Source: an archaeon (GTDB taxonomy: Archaea > Nanobdellota > Nanobdellia > Woesearchaeales > JAADFO01). From it: a stretch of 64,000 bases of DNA. Below are positions 1 to 10,476 of this stretch, one piece after another. The stretch lies in assembly GCA_043817075.1 (NCBI GenBank), contig JBDRHG010000014.1, positions 21,989-85,988 on the forward strand, read 5' to 3'. Every line of letters starts with the position of its first letter. The stretch's first letter is position 1. The notes below the pieces were generated by a model. The model searched no databases. It was not told where the DNA came from and saw only the letters and a list, made by a program, of their open reading frames with translations. Made by a program: the position numbers and the translations under genes.

Positions 1-123
1 GGATTTCTTATCCCCGAACGGCTGGGTATAGGACATGATGCCGTAGATCATCACCCAGACAAGGATCATCGCGAATAGCGGTGAGAAATGTTCCAGGAAT
101 CCGACGTCGAGCGGGCTTGCCAT
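1..123 (-). CDS. membrane protein, N-terminal part only (runs off left edge); third member of a tandem paralog set
   Basis: Reverse-strand ATG at 123-121 gives MASPLDVGFLEHFSPLFAMILVWVMIYGIMSYTQPFGDKKS, open to the window edge. Same N-terminal layout (FLE.., one TM, then ..G.. basic patch) as 175-765 and 815-1372. Absent from the ORF track because no stop lies inside the window. Confidence 0.4.
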   Translation of the reverse strand, partial: MASPLDVGFLEHFSPLFAMILVWVMIYGIMSYTQPFGDKKS

Positions 124-174
124 TGGACAGGATACTATTCAGGAAAGGAAAAAATGAAAAAGGAAAGATGCGGC

Positions 175-765
175 CTATTTGCCGCCGGTGAACACCTTCT
201 TGAGGTCCCCCCATATCTGCATCGGCTTCTTCTCCTTCTTCTCCCCGGCTATGAAGCCCACCAGGGCACCGAAGACCAGCAGGATGATGATGACCGAGAT
301 GGTCTCTGCTCCTAGGAAATCTGCTGACAGCCAACGGATGTTCCACCAGTCAGACGCGTTGCCAAAGATGATGAAGATGATGGCTATAGATACGAAGGTA
401 ATCCACGAAGAGAGCGCCTGACCCAGCAGATGCACTTCGCCGCCGAACAGACCGATCAGCAACAAGAGCATCACTACGGCCACAATCACGATCGAGACCG
501 TCGGGATTGCCCGGTTCATGATCTCGATGGGATCCAGCTCAGGGCTGGGATACCAGTTGGTGACGTGAGGTATCACCACCATGAGGCCGATGATGACGGC
601 CAAGGCAAGGTTCATATTCCTTTTTTCCTCACCTAAGATCTTTGACTTCGCCATCACTGCATAGACGATTGTAAAGATCAAGAGGAAAGGTAACAATACT
701 TCGCGAACTCCCCACGCGTCAAGGGTAATCATAAACTGTTCGAGGTTCAGCAATTCCAATGCCAT
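175..765 (-). CDS. hypothetical polytopic membrane protein (paralog of 815-1372)
   Basis: 196-aa ORF with several hydrophobic spans and GGAGG about 8 nt upstream of the ATG. The N-terminus VREVLLPFLLIFTIVYAVMAKSKILGEE aligns with VYDVVLPFLLVFTIMFAILEKTKILGTE of the neighbouring gene. Confidence 0.7.
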   Translation of the reverse strand: MALELLNLEQFMITLDAWGVREVLLPFLLIFTIVYAVMAKSKILGEEKRNMNLALAVIIGLMVVIPHVTNWYPSPELDPIEIMNRAIPTVSIVIVAVVMLLLLIGLFGGEVHLLGQALSSWITFVSIAIIFIIFGNASDWWNIRWLSADFLGAETISVIIILLVFGALVGFIAGEKKEKKPMQIWGDLKKVFTGGK

Positions 766-814
766 TAAAAATCAGCCTCCGGTCACCTTTTTTTCTCTCA
801 TAAACGTATACGGT

Positions 815-1372
815 TTATTTATCTGCTTTCTTGCTAGGGGCCTTACGGTCCCGTACGATGAATGCCATGATAAGGACGATGAACAGCACCAGGATGATAG
901 ACTGGAACCACGGTGCTGTGTAGTTACGTGCGAACCAATCGCCTATATCGTCGAGCCAACCTATCGCATTGAACACGATGAGGAGTAGCGCGATGCCGAT
1001 TGCGCCGGTCAATGCCAATCTGAGACCTCCGCCGATGAACACTTCTTCCCCTTCCTTGTACATCGACCCCATGAGCAGCAGGAATAGCGTGATCATGATG
1101 AGGATGAGCACCGCATTGGCCACCGTGGAGTTGATGATGGCCACTAGCCTGGTGGACGCGATCACGAGGAAGGCGGAGACGAAAGCCATCATCGAATTGA
1201 GGTTTTTCTTGGTGTATTGGACGCCTTCGACCGTCTCTGTCCCGAGAATCTTGGTCTTCTCCAAGATGGCGAACATGATAGTGAAGACTAGCAGAAAAGG
1301 CAGAACTACATCATACACACCGACTTCCTCCAGGAAATGAACGACTCCCCGGAATGAACTCTCCTCGGACAT
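815..1372 (-). CDS. hypothetical polytopic membrane protein (paralog of 175-765)
   Basis: 185-aa ORF with multiple TM spans and a TTTATATAAT box about 25-30 nt upstream. Shares the N-terminal motif with the adjacent gene. Confidence 0.7.
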   Translation of the reverse strand: MSEESSFRGVVHFLEEVGVYDVVLPFLLVFTIMFAILEKTKILGTETVEGVQYTKKNLNSMMAFVSAFLVIASTRLVAIINSTVANAVLILIMITLFLLLMGSMYKEGEEVFIGGGLRLALTGAIGIALLLIVFNAIGWLDDIGDWFARNYTAPWFQSIILVLFIVLIMAFIVRDRKAPSKKADK

Positions 1373-1453
1373 CGCTTGATTCTGGGATTTGTGATTATAT
1401 AAAGGTTTCGTTTTTTAAAAAAATTTTTAAATGCCCTGCCCTCTGCATGAAAA

Positions 1454-2056
1454 ATGCCGCCATCCACACACCAGTCGGTGAACCGCCGAATTTTCACCGG
1501 TCTCCGGAAACAAGCCCAGGCGCATGATTCAGCCAGGGAGAAGGTCATCAAAGCGTCCCGAGACGTCATCCATCTCTCTAAGCAGATAATCTCTGCCGTG
1601 CATCGACGGGACATCCCAGCAGCCCAGAAGAAAGAGAAAGACATCCGCAAGGCAGTCAAGACGATGCGTGCGCAAGCGAAAGGCCCATTGGCATCACAAG
1701 GAGCGATGAAGGCAGCGCACCAAGAATACGTCGAAGCACTCCTCTACCTCCGTTACGTCACCGATGGCGATCTTGCCACCCCCCAGCAGCTCGACGTGGA
1801 ATTCGACTCATACCTGCTCGGACTCTGCGACCTCTCAGGCGAACTGGTCCGTCGCGCAGTCAACCAAGGCCTCGACGGCAATTATGAAGAGGTCTATGCC
1901 ACCCACCGATTCGTCACCGCCATATATAATGAACTCCTGCAGTTCGATTTCTACGGGGGAGAGCTCCGGAAGAAATTCGACAGCATTAAATGGGACCTCA
2001 AACGAATGGATGAGATGGTCTTCGCCCTCAAGGTCCGCGGCATGAGAGGCAAGTGA
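1454..2056 (+). CDS. translin-family protein
   Basis: YLLGLCDLSGELVRRAV and LRKKFDSIKWDLKRMDEMVFALKVRG match the conserved translin motifs as I remember them. A TTTTTAAAT box lies about 25 nt upstream. Confidence 0.6.
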   Translation: MPPSTHQSVNRRIFTGLRKQAQAHDSAREKVIKASRDVIHLSKQIISAVHRRDIPAAQKKEKDIRKAVKTMRAQAKGPLASQGAMKAAHQEYVEALLYLRYVTDGDLATPQQLDVEFDSYLLGLCDLSGELVRRAVNQGLDGNYEEVYATHRFVTAIYNELLQFDFYGGELRKKFDSIKWDLKRMDEMVFALKVRGMRGK

Positions 2057-2060
2057 TAGG

Positions 2061-2309
2061 ATGGTATCCGGCAGCATCGATCAGGAGAAAATCCAATCAG
2101 AGGCCAAAGCCATCATGGACGAGTTCTTGAAAGCCATTGAGAGTCTCGAATACAAAGAAGGTGACGGCCTGCTCAGACGGAAGCGACAGGTCCGGGAGCG
2201 GAATGACAAGGGAAGCACCCTTGAAGACAACGAGTTCCGGCAGAGATTCCTCTCTAATGCCCCGTCTCACGACACTGTCTACCTCCTCGCTGAGAAGAAG
2301 AAGTGGTAA
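2061..2309 (+). CDS. GatC-like small protein (Glu-tRNA(Gln) amidotransferase C-subunit family fold)
   Basis: 82 aa. The C-terminal RERNDK...RFLSNAPSHDTVYLLAEKKKW resembles the GatC R-x-D ... NAP ... tail. Starts 4 nt after the translin-like gene. Confidence 0.4.
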   Translation: MVSGSIDQEKIQSEAKAIMDEFLKAIESLEYKEGDGLLRRKRQVRERNDKGSTLEDNEFRQRFLSNAPSHDTVYLLAEKKKW

Positions 2310-2312
2310 CCG

Positions 2313-2867
2313 ATGGCCTCACGTAAAGCCTCCAGACCCAAAGCTCAGGAAGGACGCGTCGGAGAGAGCATGTTCATTCTGCGTCTCGTCCGATGGGGTG
2401 ACCTGTTCTCCCTCCTCAACGCGGCGTGCGGAATGCTCGCCATCATGCTCTCGATCGGACGCCGTCTCGACATCGCCGTCGGGCTGCTGCTCGCCGCAGT
2501 GTTCTTCGACGCGATCGACGGTAAGGTGGCACGGTGGACCGGACCCGGCGTCCTCGGCAAGCATCTCGACAGCCTCGCAGACATGGTCTCCTTCGGGGTG
2601 GCACCGGCGATATTCGCCTATTCACTTTACCCTATCGGTATCGCACCGGTCATCTATGTCATCTTCGTCATGGCCGGGGCGTTGCGTCTCGCCAGGTTCA
2701 ATGCGGCCGGTGGAGGCGGCGCTTTCGCAGGCATGCCCATCACGGCGAACGGCATCATCGTGCCCTTCCTCTACGTCGTGGGTTTCGATGCACATCTCCT
2801 GCCGTTCTTCTTCGTCATACTTTCCTTCCTCATGGTGGCCCATTTCAGATTGAAGAAGATCGTCTAG
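2313..2867 (+). CDS. CDP-alcohol phosphatidyltransferase, archaetidylserine synthase-like
   Basis: Carries the CDP-alcohol transferase motif DAIDGKVARWTGPGVLGKHLDSLADMVSFG (D-x2-DG-x2-AR...G-x3-D-x3-D) and multiple TM spans. Adjacent to carS. Confidence 0.75.
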   Translation: MASRKASRPKAQEGRVGESMFILRLVRWGDLFSLLNAACGMLAIMLSIGRRLDIAVGLLLAAVFFDAIDGKVARWTGPGVLGKHLDSLADMVSFGVAPAIFAYSLYPIGIAPVIYVIFVMAGALRLARFNAAGGGGAFAGMPITANGIIVPFLYVVGFDAHLLPFFFVILSFLMVAHFRLKKIV

Positions 2868-2937
2868 TACAAAAGATCTTACATGAAAAAAAAGAATTAG
2901 ATATAGGAAAAAGAAATAGGAAAAAGAGGTCTAAGAT

Positions 2938-3489
2938 ATGGATCTGCTGACGCTGATCATGGGAACATTATACCTGCTATTGCCAGGGGCCGTGGCCAAC
3001 ACGATGCCTATCCTGTTCAAGCATAGCCTCAAGATGCTCGCGCTACCGGTCGACGGCGGTGCGAGGCTCCTGGGTCACCGCGTGTTCGGCAGCCACAAGA
3101 CATGGCGAGGGATACTCGTCGGAGTTGCGGGGGGCACGTTGATGGCAGGCGTACAAGGGCTTCTTCACGGCCAAGGCACGTTGGTTTCCATATCGCTCGT
3201 CGACTACAGCGCCATGCCTGTGCTCATCTTCGGTTTCCTCTTCTCGATAGGTATCATGGTCGGTGACCTCGTGGAGAGCATGATCAAACGCCAAGTAGGT
3301 AAAAAACCGGGCCAGCGATGGTTCCCTTTCGACCAGATAGACAGCGCCATCGGTGGACTCATCTTCATCCTCCCCATGTATCAGCCGCCGGTGGCAGTCA
3401 TCATCACCGGACTCGTGCTGTCAATTATCCTACATGTCGGATTCCGCCATATCGGATATTATCTTGGCATCAATAAGAAGAGATGGTGA
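2938..3489 (+). CDS. carS: CDP-archaeol synthase (DUF46/CarS family)
   Basis: PVDGGARLLGHRVFGSHKTWRGILVG and GDLVESMIKRQVGKKPG...FDQIDS fit the CarS family pattern. Membrane protein of about 180 aa. Confidence 0.7.
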   Translation: MDLLTLIMGTLYLLLPGAVANTMPILFKHSLKMLALPVDGGARLLGHRVFGSHKTWRGILVGVAGGTLMAGVQGLLHGQGTLVSISLVDYSAMPVLIFGFLFSIGIMVGDLVESMIKRQVGKKPGQRWFPFDQIDSAIGGLIFILPMYQPPVAVIITGLVLSIILHVGFRHIGYYLGINKKRW

Positions 3490-3571
3490 CCAAGTGGTTC
3501 GAGGAAAGAAGAGCAAAGGGGAAAAAATCACAAAGGCGGTCGCCAGTCTTCGCTCAGCGAGGCAGAAGGTC

Positions 3572-4462
3572 ATGAAGATGGACAAGACCCTCGCACAGAA
3601 GGTATGTCGCTGGAGAAAAGGCATCAGGGAATGTTTGCCGCCGGAACGGCGTCTGGAGGGTGATAAGTATCCTGCCCTCGCCATCTCGACTGCCGAGGCA
3701 CACAACCGTAAATTCATGCAGGCAGCGGGTATGATTGTCGTCATCATCCTCTTCATCATCCCATTCTTCACTCCGCTCGGCGAAATGTTCTCGAATCCGC
3801 AAGGATTAAAGGCGCTTTTACTCTCATTCGGCCATCTTTCCTGGGCAGGCCTCGTGCTCCTCCAGTTCCTTCAGGTGGTCATATCTGTCATACCTGGACA
3901 GTTCATCAGCATCGCCGGGAGCTACGTGTTCGGATTCTGGATCGGCCTGCTGCTCAACCTCACCGGAGTGATGCTGGGATCCGTATTCGTGTTCAAGCTC
4001 GCGCGCCGCCACGGAAAGAGACTCGTGTTGACCTTTGTCGACCCGGAGGAACTTATCCACCTCAACGCATTCTTTGAGGAACGAGGCCTCATGGCGCTCG
4101 GCATGGCAAGGGTCGTGCCATTCTTCCCGAATGACGCGGTCAGTTTCGTCGCAGGCCTGACCAAGATACCGACCTGGAAATTCTTCCTCGTCACCCTCAT
4201 CGGATTCGTGCCGCAATTCGTGCTGCTCGCCATCTTCGGAGGACGCCTGGGTGAAGGCATGTTCGACACCTTCACATTGTCGATCGCGATCGCGCTCACC
4301 CTATTAGGGATGTTCTATTTCTTCCGCGGAACGCTGAAGAGGGTATTGCTCAAGGAGATCCGCGAATTGGAGCAGGACTTCACCAAATTGGAGAGGGAGA
4401 TCAGGAAACTCTTCTCACGGAGTCCTGATGATAGTCCGAAGCCTAGAAACAGCACCGGATGA
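3572..4462 (+). CDS. TVP38/TMEM64 (SNARE-associated, DedA-like) membrane protein
   Basis: VIPGQFISIAGSYVFGFWIGLLLNLTGVMLGSVFVFKLARRHGKRLV is typical of the family. The ORF-track start at 3353 overlaps carS, so I chose the first ATG after the carS stop (3572). The start is uncertain. Confidence 0.65.
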   Translation: MKMDKTLAQKVCRWRKGIRECLPPERRLEGDKYPALAISTAEAHNRKFMQAAGMIVVIILFIIPFFTPLGEMFSNPQGLKALLLSFGHLSWAGLVLLQFLQVVISVIPGQFISIAGSYVFGFWIGLLLNLTGVMLGSVFVFKLARRHGKRLVLTFVDPEELIHLNAFFEERGLMALGMARVVPFFPNDAVSFVAGLTKIPTWKFFLVTLIGFVPQFVLLAIFGGRLGEGMFDTFTLSIAIALTLLGMFYFFRGTLKRVLLKEIRELEQDFTKLEREIRKLFSRSPDDSPKPRNSTG

Positions 4463-4985
4463 CCACAGCGACCAGAACATACCATCGGATGCGAAGAGCG
4501 CGTCCGCAGACAGGCCAGAAACGTACGCTCTTTCTCATCCGTTCTCCTTTCACATGTCTTCCCGCCTCGAGACTGCCAAGGACCAGGCCTTGGCAGAAGA
4601 TCGCGCAGAGGATCAGGAGCAATGGCTCGACGCTCGGAGCGATGAGCATAGTCCCTGACAGTCCGACCATGACCAGATGACGCTGGAGGAAACCAGGCGT
4701 GACCAGGCCTTTAGCAGGACGTGGAGGAGGTGCAAGAAGCCTATCCTTGTTCTGGACGCCGTTTGCGATCGCCAAGAATGCGAAGATGGCGAGAAGGAGG
4801 GATGCGACGAGATTTCCGAGCAAAAGGAGAGCGAGCGCGACGGCGAGCGGGAGAGCCCAAGACACCAGCAGGAAGTGCTTCCGTCCCGACACCATCTCCT
4901 CAGGGCTCAGGAAGGCCAGCAGCACACCCACTCCCAGACCGAGGTATCCGATGACCCCTGCTCCGACGACGCTCCACCAATCCAT
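4443..4985 (-). CDS. hypothetical membrane protein
   Basis: Hydrophobic ORF. Start placed at MDWWSVVGAG (internal Met of the 212-aa track ORF) because the upstream part is not membrane-like. No recognisable family. Confidence 0.45.
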   Translation of the reverse strand: MDWWSVVGAGVIGYLGLGVGVLLAFLSPEEMVSGRKHFLLVSWALPLAVALALLLLGNLVASLLLAIFAFLAIANGVQNKDRLLAPPPRPAKGLVTPGFLQRHLVMVGLSGTMLIAPSVEPLLLILCAIFCQGLVLGSLEAGRHVKGERMRKSVRFWPVCGRALRIRWYVLVAVVIRCCF

Positions 4986-5234
4986 AGTGGTGCATGGAGA
5001 GCTTCTCTTAATAAAAGTAATGATATGCTGCAGGTGGACCACACGAAAAGAGAAAAAACATAATCTATTGTTCCACAACATCAGACCACAATAGCGATAG
5101 GTTTATATACATTGTTTCTTTCACGAACCTCGCCACAACAGGGCAAATCATATGTTCAATAGGGGTGGCAGTCCAAGTCCAGACATCCGATAATGATACC
5201 CCAGAAAAATATGAATCTTCCAGGTGATCGCACC

Positions 5235-6014
5235 ATGGCACGCACACTCAACATCAAAGACCTCTCCGTGAGCACAGGAGGCAAGAACATCATCAGCGGT
5301 CTCTCCCTCGATGTGGAACAAGGGACAGTCCACGCCATCATGGGCCCAAACGGTTCGGGCAAGAGCACGCTCTCGTTCTCAATCATGGGCCATCCAGCAT
5401 ACAATGTGGACAAGGGTCAGATCCTCCTCGATGGAGAAGACATCAGCGATATGCCTGCCGACAAGCGGTCGAAGGCCGGCCTCTTCCTCTCGTTCCAATA
5501 TCCGAGCGAGGTCCCTGGCGTGACGTTGGCCAATTTCCTGCGTACCGCCATCAATGCGAGAAGAGAGAAGAGCGACAAGATCCCGATCCCCGAGTTCAAG
5601 AGATTGCTCGACGAGAAGATGGCACTCCTCAAGATGGACATGCGTTTCGCGGCGCGTTCCCTCAACCAGGGATTCTCGGGCGGCGAGAAGAAACGGAGCG
5701 AGATCCTGCAGATGTCGATGCTCTCCCCGGGCTTTGCCATACTCGACGAGACGGATTCCGGATTGGACATCGATTCACTCAAGATCGTGGCCGAAGGCAT
5801 CAATTCTCTCCGAGGACCTGACATCGGCATCCTGCTCATCACCCATTACCAACGTATCCTCCACTACATCAAGCCAGATATGGTCCATGTCATGATGGGC
5901 GGCAGGATCGTCGAGTCCGGCGGGTACGAGCTGGCCGAACGCCTGGAGAAAGAAGGTTATGGTTGGCTCGAGAACCGAGCGGATGAAGCCGACCGTAAGG
6001 AAATAGAGAAATAA
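5235..6014 (+). CDS. sufC: Fe-S cluster assembly ATPase SufC
   Basis: Walker [14 protein letters not shown] signature FSGGEKKR, and [10 protein letters not shown]. Start set at [12 protein letters not shown]. Confidence 0.9.
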   Translation: MARTLNIKDLSVSTGGKNIISGLSLDVEQGTVHAIMGPNGSGKSTLSFSIMGHPAYNVDKGQILLDGEDISDMPADKRSKAGLFLSFQYPSEVPGVTLANFLRTAINARREKSDKIPIPEFKRLLDEKMALLKMDMRFAARSLNQGFSGGEKKRSEILQMSMLSPGFAILDETDSGLDIDSLKIVAEGINSLRGPDIGILLITHYQRILHYIKPDMVHVMMGGRIVESGGYELAERLEKEGYGWLENRADEADRKEIEK

Positions 6015-6033
6015 TCCTGCATGGGGCGAGAGC

Positions 6034-7434
6034 ATGGGCAAGGAAAAGACACCGGTCAAGGACTATTCGAAGTACGGATTCTCCAAGCCTGACCAGAGCG
6101 TGTTCTCCACCGGCACCGGAATCAATGCAGATGTAGTCACGCAGATATCCAGGATGAAGGAGGAGCCGGGTTGGATGCTTGACATCAGGCTCAAGGCGCT
6201 CGCGCTCTTCGAGAGCAAACCCATGCCATCCTGGGGAGTCGACCTCTCCGCCATCGAGTTCGACAAGATCACTTATTATACCAGACCCCTGGACAAACAG
6301 GCCGCCTCGTGGGAAGAGCTCCCTGACAACATCAAGGACACCTTCGACCGGCTCGGCATACCCGAGGCGGAAAGGAAATTCCTCGCAGGTGTCGGTGCGC
6401 AATACGACTCAGAAGTCATCTACCACAAGACCAGAGAGGACCTCGAGAAGAGAGGCGTCATCTTCCTCGACATGGACTCCGCTGTCAGGGAGCATCCTGA
6501 GATCGTCAAGAAATATTTCTCTTCCATCATCCCTGCCTCGGACAATAAGTTCGCCGCGCTCAACACCGCCGCGTGGAGCGGAGGCTCCTTCGTCTACGTG
6601 CCCAAAGACGTGAAGGTCGACATCCCCCTCCAGGCATATTTCCGTATCAATGCCCAAAGCATGGGCCAGTTCGAACGCACCCTCATCATCGCAGAACCCG
6701 GTTCGTTCGTCCATTACATCGAAGGATGCACGGCGCCGACGTACAGCGCCGACTCATTGCATGCCGCGGTCGTAGAGGTCATCGCGCAGGAGGATTCGCG
6801 CATCCGCTACACGACCATCCAGAACTGGTCAGACAACATCTACAACCTCGTCACCAAACGCGCGATCGCGAAGAAGAACGCGACCGTCGAATGGATAGAC
6901 GGCAACCTGGGAAGCAAGGTGACGATGAAATACCCCGCCGTGTTCCTCATGGGAGAGGGCGCGAGGGCAGAGGTGCTCTCCATAGCCTTCGCAGGCAAAG
7001 GACAGATCCTGGACGCTGGGGCGAAGGCCGTGCACATGGCTCCGAAGACGAGCTCAATCATCACCAATAAATCGATCAGCCTGCAAGGGGGTAAGACCAT
7101 CTACCGCGGTCTGCTCGGAGTGCGCAAAGGGGCCAAAGGGAGCAAGTCGACGGTCAACTGCGATGCGCTCATCCTCGATCCCGAGAGCTCATCGGACACC
7201 ATACCCTACATAGAGATCAAAGAACAGGACGTGTCCATAGGACACGAGGCCACGGTCGGCAAGGTCAGCGAGGAGCAGCTCTTCTACCTGATGAGCAGAG
7301 GCTTGTCCCAGGAGGAAGCCATGACGCTTATCGTCGCCGGTTTTATCGAACCGTTCGTCAAGGAGCTGCCGCTCGAATACGCCATCGAGCTCAACAGATT
7401 GATAGAATTGGAGATGGAGGGCTCGGTAGGGTAG
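6034..7434 (+). CDS. sufB: Fe-S cluster assembly scaffold SufB
   Basis: 466 aa with typical SufB blocks ([41 protein letters not shown]). Follows sufC. Confidence 0.9.
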   Translation: MGKEKTPVKDYSKYGFSKPDQSVFSTGTGINADVVTQISRMKEEPGWMLDIRLKALALFESKPMPSWGVDLSAIEFDKITYYTRPLDKQAASWEELPDNIKDTFDRLGIPEAERKFLAGVGAQYDSEVIYHKTREDLEKRGVIFLDMDSAVREHPEIVKKYFSSIIPASDNKFAALNTAAWSGGSFVYVPKDVKVDIPLQAYFRINAQSMGQFERTLIIAEPGSFVHYIEGCTAPTYSADSLHAAVVEVIAQEDSRIRYTTIQNWSDNIYNLVTKRAIAKKNATVEWIDGNLGSKVTMKYPAVFLMGEGARAEVLSIAFAGKGQILDAGAKAVHMAPKTSSIITNKSISLQGGKTIYRGLLGVRKGAKGSKSTVNCDALILDPESSSDTIPYIEIKEQDVSIGHEATVGKVSEEQLFYLMSRGLSQEEAMTLIVAGFIEPFVKELPLEYAIELNRLIELEMEGSVG

Positions 7435-7441
7435 AAACAAC

Positions 7442-8722
7442 ATGGCGCCAGAGAAGAGCATCGGACCAGAGAAGATCGGCAAGGAGATTGAGAAGAATAG
7501 TAAAGATACTGAAGAGAGCCCGAATGCGAGAAACGCATACGATATGCGAAAGGCCTTGGCCGCCCGCGCGAATGCTTTACCCGATCCGACCCCACGCGAC
7601 GAGTTGTGGCGCTACACCCGAATCGACAAGATCGACATCGACGGATTGATGGACACACCGGACGGGACGTTTCCCGCAGCAGAGCCGCAGACGCTCTCCA
7701 TCGAAGATAGCAAAAAAATCTGCTCTGCAGTCATCAATATCGGCAAGACCATCGATATCGCATGGCAATCAGCGGAATTCACAGAGGCAGGTATCAGCAT
7801 CGGTGGTGACGCATGCGAAGAGGTCGGATGGAGCCTCAAAGATAGCGACGATAAGATCGCGCTCCGCACCGTGACAGAGGCCTTCGTCACCCACACCGCC
7901 ACTGTCGCCCCTGATACCCGTCTGGATAAACCAATCCTGTTCATCATCGATCCTCGGGCGGGACCGTTGTCCGTCTCGCTCGACATCGGTCAGGACTCAG
8001 CCATCAGCATCATCGAGGACATCACAGCCAATCCCGGCTCATGCGGACTCGCCTATCATCAAGAGATCAGATGCGGGGACCGCGCGACAGTCGACGTGAG
8101 CGTCATCCAGGACCTGGCACCTGAAAACAGCGTCATGATATCTAAGGTCGCGCGGGCCGGCAAGGACAGCGTCGTCCGCTGGTTCGCAGCCAACATCGGC
8201 GGCGGGTTCTCTAGGATGTGGATCGACACCCTGTTCGAAGGGAAAGGCGGCGAAGGACGGGTAGCGGCGCTCACTATCGGAGACGGAGACCAACAAGGAT
8301 ACATCCTTACCAATGCAATACACAAAGCACCATCCACCACATGCACCATCGACCATCGCAGCGTGCTCGCAGGAAAGTCGAAGGGATTGTTCCGCGGCAA
8401 CATCGCCATCCGCAAGGGCGCCCAGGGCACATCATCATTCCTCACCGATCATGTCCTGAAGATCTCTCCTGACGCCAGCTCCGACAGCATCCCAGCGCTG
8501 GAGATAGACGCCAACGAGGTCATCGCATCCCATGCATCAACGACCGAGAGGCTCGATGACGAGTCGATGTTCTACCTCATGTCCCGCGGCATCCCTCGTG
8601 ACCATGCCGAGGAGCTCGTCGTGCAGGGATTCATGGAACCGGTCATCATGGCCGCGACACACCAGAAAGTGGCCGACCATGTCCGACAGCGGCTCAAGGA
8701 AAAGGTTTTTAACCGGCGCTAA
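7442..8722 (+). CDS. sufD: Fe-S cluster assembly protein SufD
   Basis: SufB/D-family C-terminal block (HASTTERLDDESMFYLMSRGIP). Lies between sufB and sufS. Confidence 0.85.
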   Translation: MAPEKSIGPEKIGKEIEKNSKDTEESPNARNAYDMRKALAARANALPDPTPRDELWRYTRIDKIDIDGLMDTPDGTFPAAEPQTLSIEDSKKICSAVINIGKTIDIAWQSAEFTEAGISIGGDACEEVGWSLKDSDDKIALRTVTEAFVTHTATVAPDTRLDKPILFIIDPRAGPLSVSLDIGQDSAISIIEDITANPGSCGLAYHQEIRCGDRATVDVSVIQDLAPENSVMISKVARAGKDSVVRWFAANIGGGFSRMWIDTLFEGKGGEGRVAALTIGDGDQQGYILTNAIHKAPSTTCTIDHRSVLAGKSKGLFRGNIAIRKGAQGTSSFLTDHVLKISPDASSDSIPALEIDANEVIASHASTTERLDDESMFYLMSRGIPRDHAEELVVQGFMEPVIMAATHQKVADHVRQRLKEKVFNRR

Positions 8723-8741
8723 TTGCACCCGGACAACCCCG

Positions 8742-9959
8742 ATGAACGTCAAGAGAATCCGAAAGGACTTCCCCATCCTCAACCAGCGAGTCAACAACAG
8801 ACCGCTGGTCTACCTGGACAATGCTGCCACGAGCCAGAAACCGCTCCATGTCCTCAACACGATCCGTTCTTTCTATAAGCGGCATAACGCCAATGTGCAC
8901 CGCGGCATCCACACCCTGAGCCAAGAGGCGACGGAGATGCACGAGGAAGCACGGGAGAAGACACGCCGATTCATCAATGCAGGATCGTTCTCTGAGATCG
9001 TCTTCACACGCAACGCCACCGAAGGGATCAACCTCGTCGCCCAGACCTTCGGACGCAGCATGCTCAAACGCGGTGACGAGATATTGGCGACCGCCATGGA
9101 GCACCATTCCAATATCGTGCCATGGCAGATGCTCGAACCCGCAGGCATCAAGGTCAAGTACGCCGGGCTCACCAAGGACGGAGAGCTCGACATCGACAGC
9201 GTCAACGAGATGATGGGCCCGAAGACCAAATTGCTCACCGTGACCGAAGCGTCGAATGTTCTCGCCACCATCAACGACACCAAAGAGCTCGCCAAACTCG
9301 CCCATGACAACGGCGCACGCATCTTGGTCGACGCATGCCAGAGCGTGCCCCATATGCCGGTCGACGTCCGCGACATGGACGTGGATTTCCTGGTGTTCTC
9401 CGGGCACAAGATGTGCGGCCCCACAGGGATCGGGACGCTCTACGGCAAGCGTGAGCTGTTGGATGAGATGCCACCGTTCCTAGGGGGAGGGGACATGATA
9501 CGGGAGGTCAGCCTGGAAAGGACGACCTACAACGACATCCCTTACAAGTTCGAGGCCGGGACGCCGAATATCGCTGGCGCGATCGGTCTGGGTGCTGCGA
9601 TAGATTACCTCAAAGACATCGGTATGGAGGACATCCGTATGCATACCGAGACTTTGATGAGACACGCACTCGATCGCATCGCCGACGAAGATGACGTAAC
9701 GGTCTACGGGCCAGCCGATCCCCGCAAGCGAAGCGGAGTCCTCTCATTCTCTCTCGGAGGAGTGCACCCCCACGATATAGCGACCATCCTCGACCGACAG
9801 GGGATCGCGATACGCTCAGGACATCATTGCGCACAACCGCTCATCCACCTTCTTGGCTTGGGAGCGGTGTCCAGGGCTTCGTTCTATCTCTACAACACCA
9901 AGGAAGAGGTGGACAAGCTCATCGAATCCTTCGGGAAAGTCAGGGGTGTGTTCGCATGA
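8742..9959 (+). CDS. sufS: cysteine desulfurase SufS (class V aminotransferase)
   Basis: VYLDNAATSQKP, the PLP-lysine region FSGHKMCGPTGIG, and the active-site loop RSGHHCAQP. Start set at MNVKRIRKDFPIL; the track ORF start at 8532 overlaps sufD. Confidence 0.9.
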   Translation: MNVKRIRKDFPILNQRVNNRPLVYLDNAATSQKPLHVLNTIRSFYKRHNANVHRGIHTLSQEATEMHEEAREKTRRFINAGSFSEIVFTRNATEGINLVAQTFGRSMLKRGDEILATAMEHHSNIVPWQMLEPAGIKVKYAGLTKDGELDIDSVNEMMGPKTKLLTVTEASNVLATINDTKELAKLAHDNGARILVDACQSVPHMPVDVRDMDVDFLVFSGHKMCGPTGIGTLYGKRELLDEMPPFLGGGDMIREVSLERTTYNDIPYKFEAGTPNIAGAIGLGAAIDYLKDIGMEDIRMHTETLMRHALDRIADEDDVTVYGPADPRKRSGVLSFSLGGVHPHDIATILDRQGIAIRSGHHCAQPLIHLLGLGAVSRASFYLYNTKEEVDKLIESFGKVRGVFA

Positions 9960-10396
9960 CCGACCCGCTCTACCGCGAGATGCTGTTGGACCATTACAAA
10001 CATCAGAAGAACAGAGGACGCCTGACCGACCCCGACGGCACTGCGCACGACGCCAATCCCATGTGTGGTGATGTGGTCGACGTCGACGTCAAGATCAAGG
10101 ACGGCAAGATTGTTGAGATCGGCTTCGACGGCCATGGCTGCGCCATATGCATGGCATCAGCGTCTTTGCTCAGCGAAAAGATCAAAGGCGGGAAAGTGGA
10201 AGACGTGATGGCAATCAATCAGGATGATGTGCTTGGACTTCTCGGCATCGAGACTCTAGGACCCGCCCGGATTAAATGCGCCATGCTCCCGGCAAAGACA
10301 ATGAAGCTAGCTTGTATCGATCATCTCACAAAGAGCCATGAAGAAAACAGCACCACCCAGATGGATGAGGGACTGGACAATCAGGATACATCATGA
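9956..10396 (+). CDS. sufU: SufU/IscU-type Fe-S scaffold or sulfur acceptor
   Basis: NPMCGDVV, GHGCAICMASAS and ARIKCAMLP carry the three conserved Cys regions. The ATGA start overlaps the sufS stop. Confidence 0.8.
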   Translation: MTDPLYREMLLDHYKHQKNRGRLTDPDGTAHDANPMCGDVVDVDVKIKDGKIVEIGFDGHGCAICMASASLLSEKIKGGKVEDVMAINQDDVLGLLGIETLGPARIKCAMLPAKTMKLACIDHLTKSHEENSTTQMDEGLDNQDTS

Positions 10397-10476
10397 GAAA
10401 CAACCCCTAGCAAGAGAAGAGTTCTGCCGATGATTTCAATTCATATATTTCAATTCATATGTTAGGCACCACAGTC

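Noticed and set aside
8532-8741. N-terminal extensions of several track ORFs: sufS from 8532, sufU from 9827, TVP38 from 3353, glyS to 53022, rfcL to 54323, ATPase from 33781, asnB fusion to 33873.
   Set aside because: The extensions overlap the preceding gene or the promoter, and their composition is not protein-like. Family-typical N-termini begin at internal Met codons, which I used as starts.
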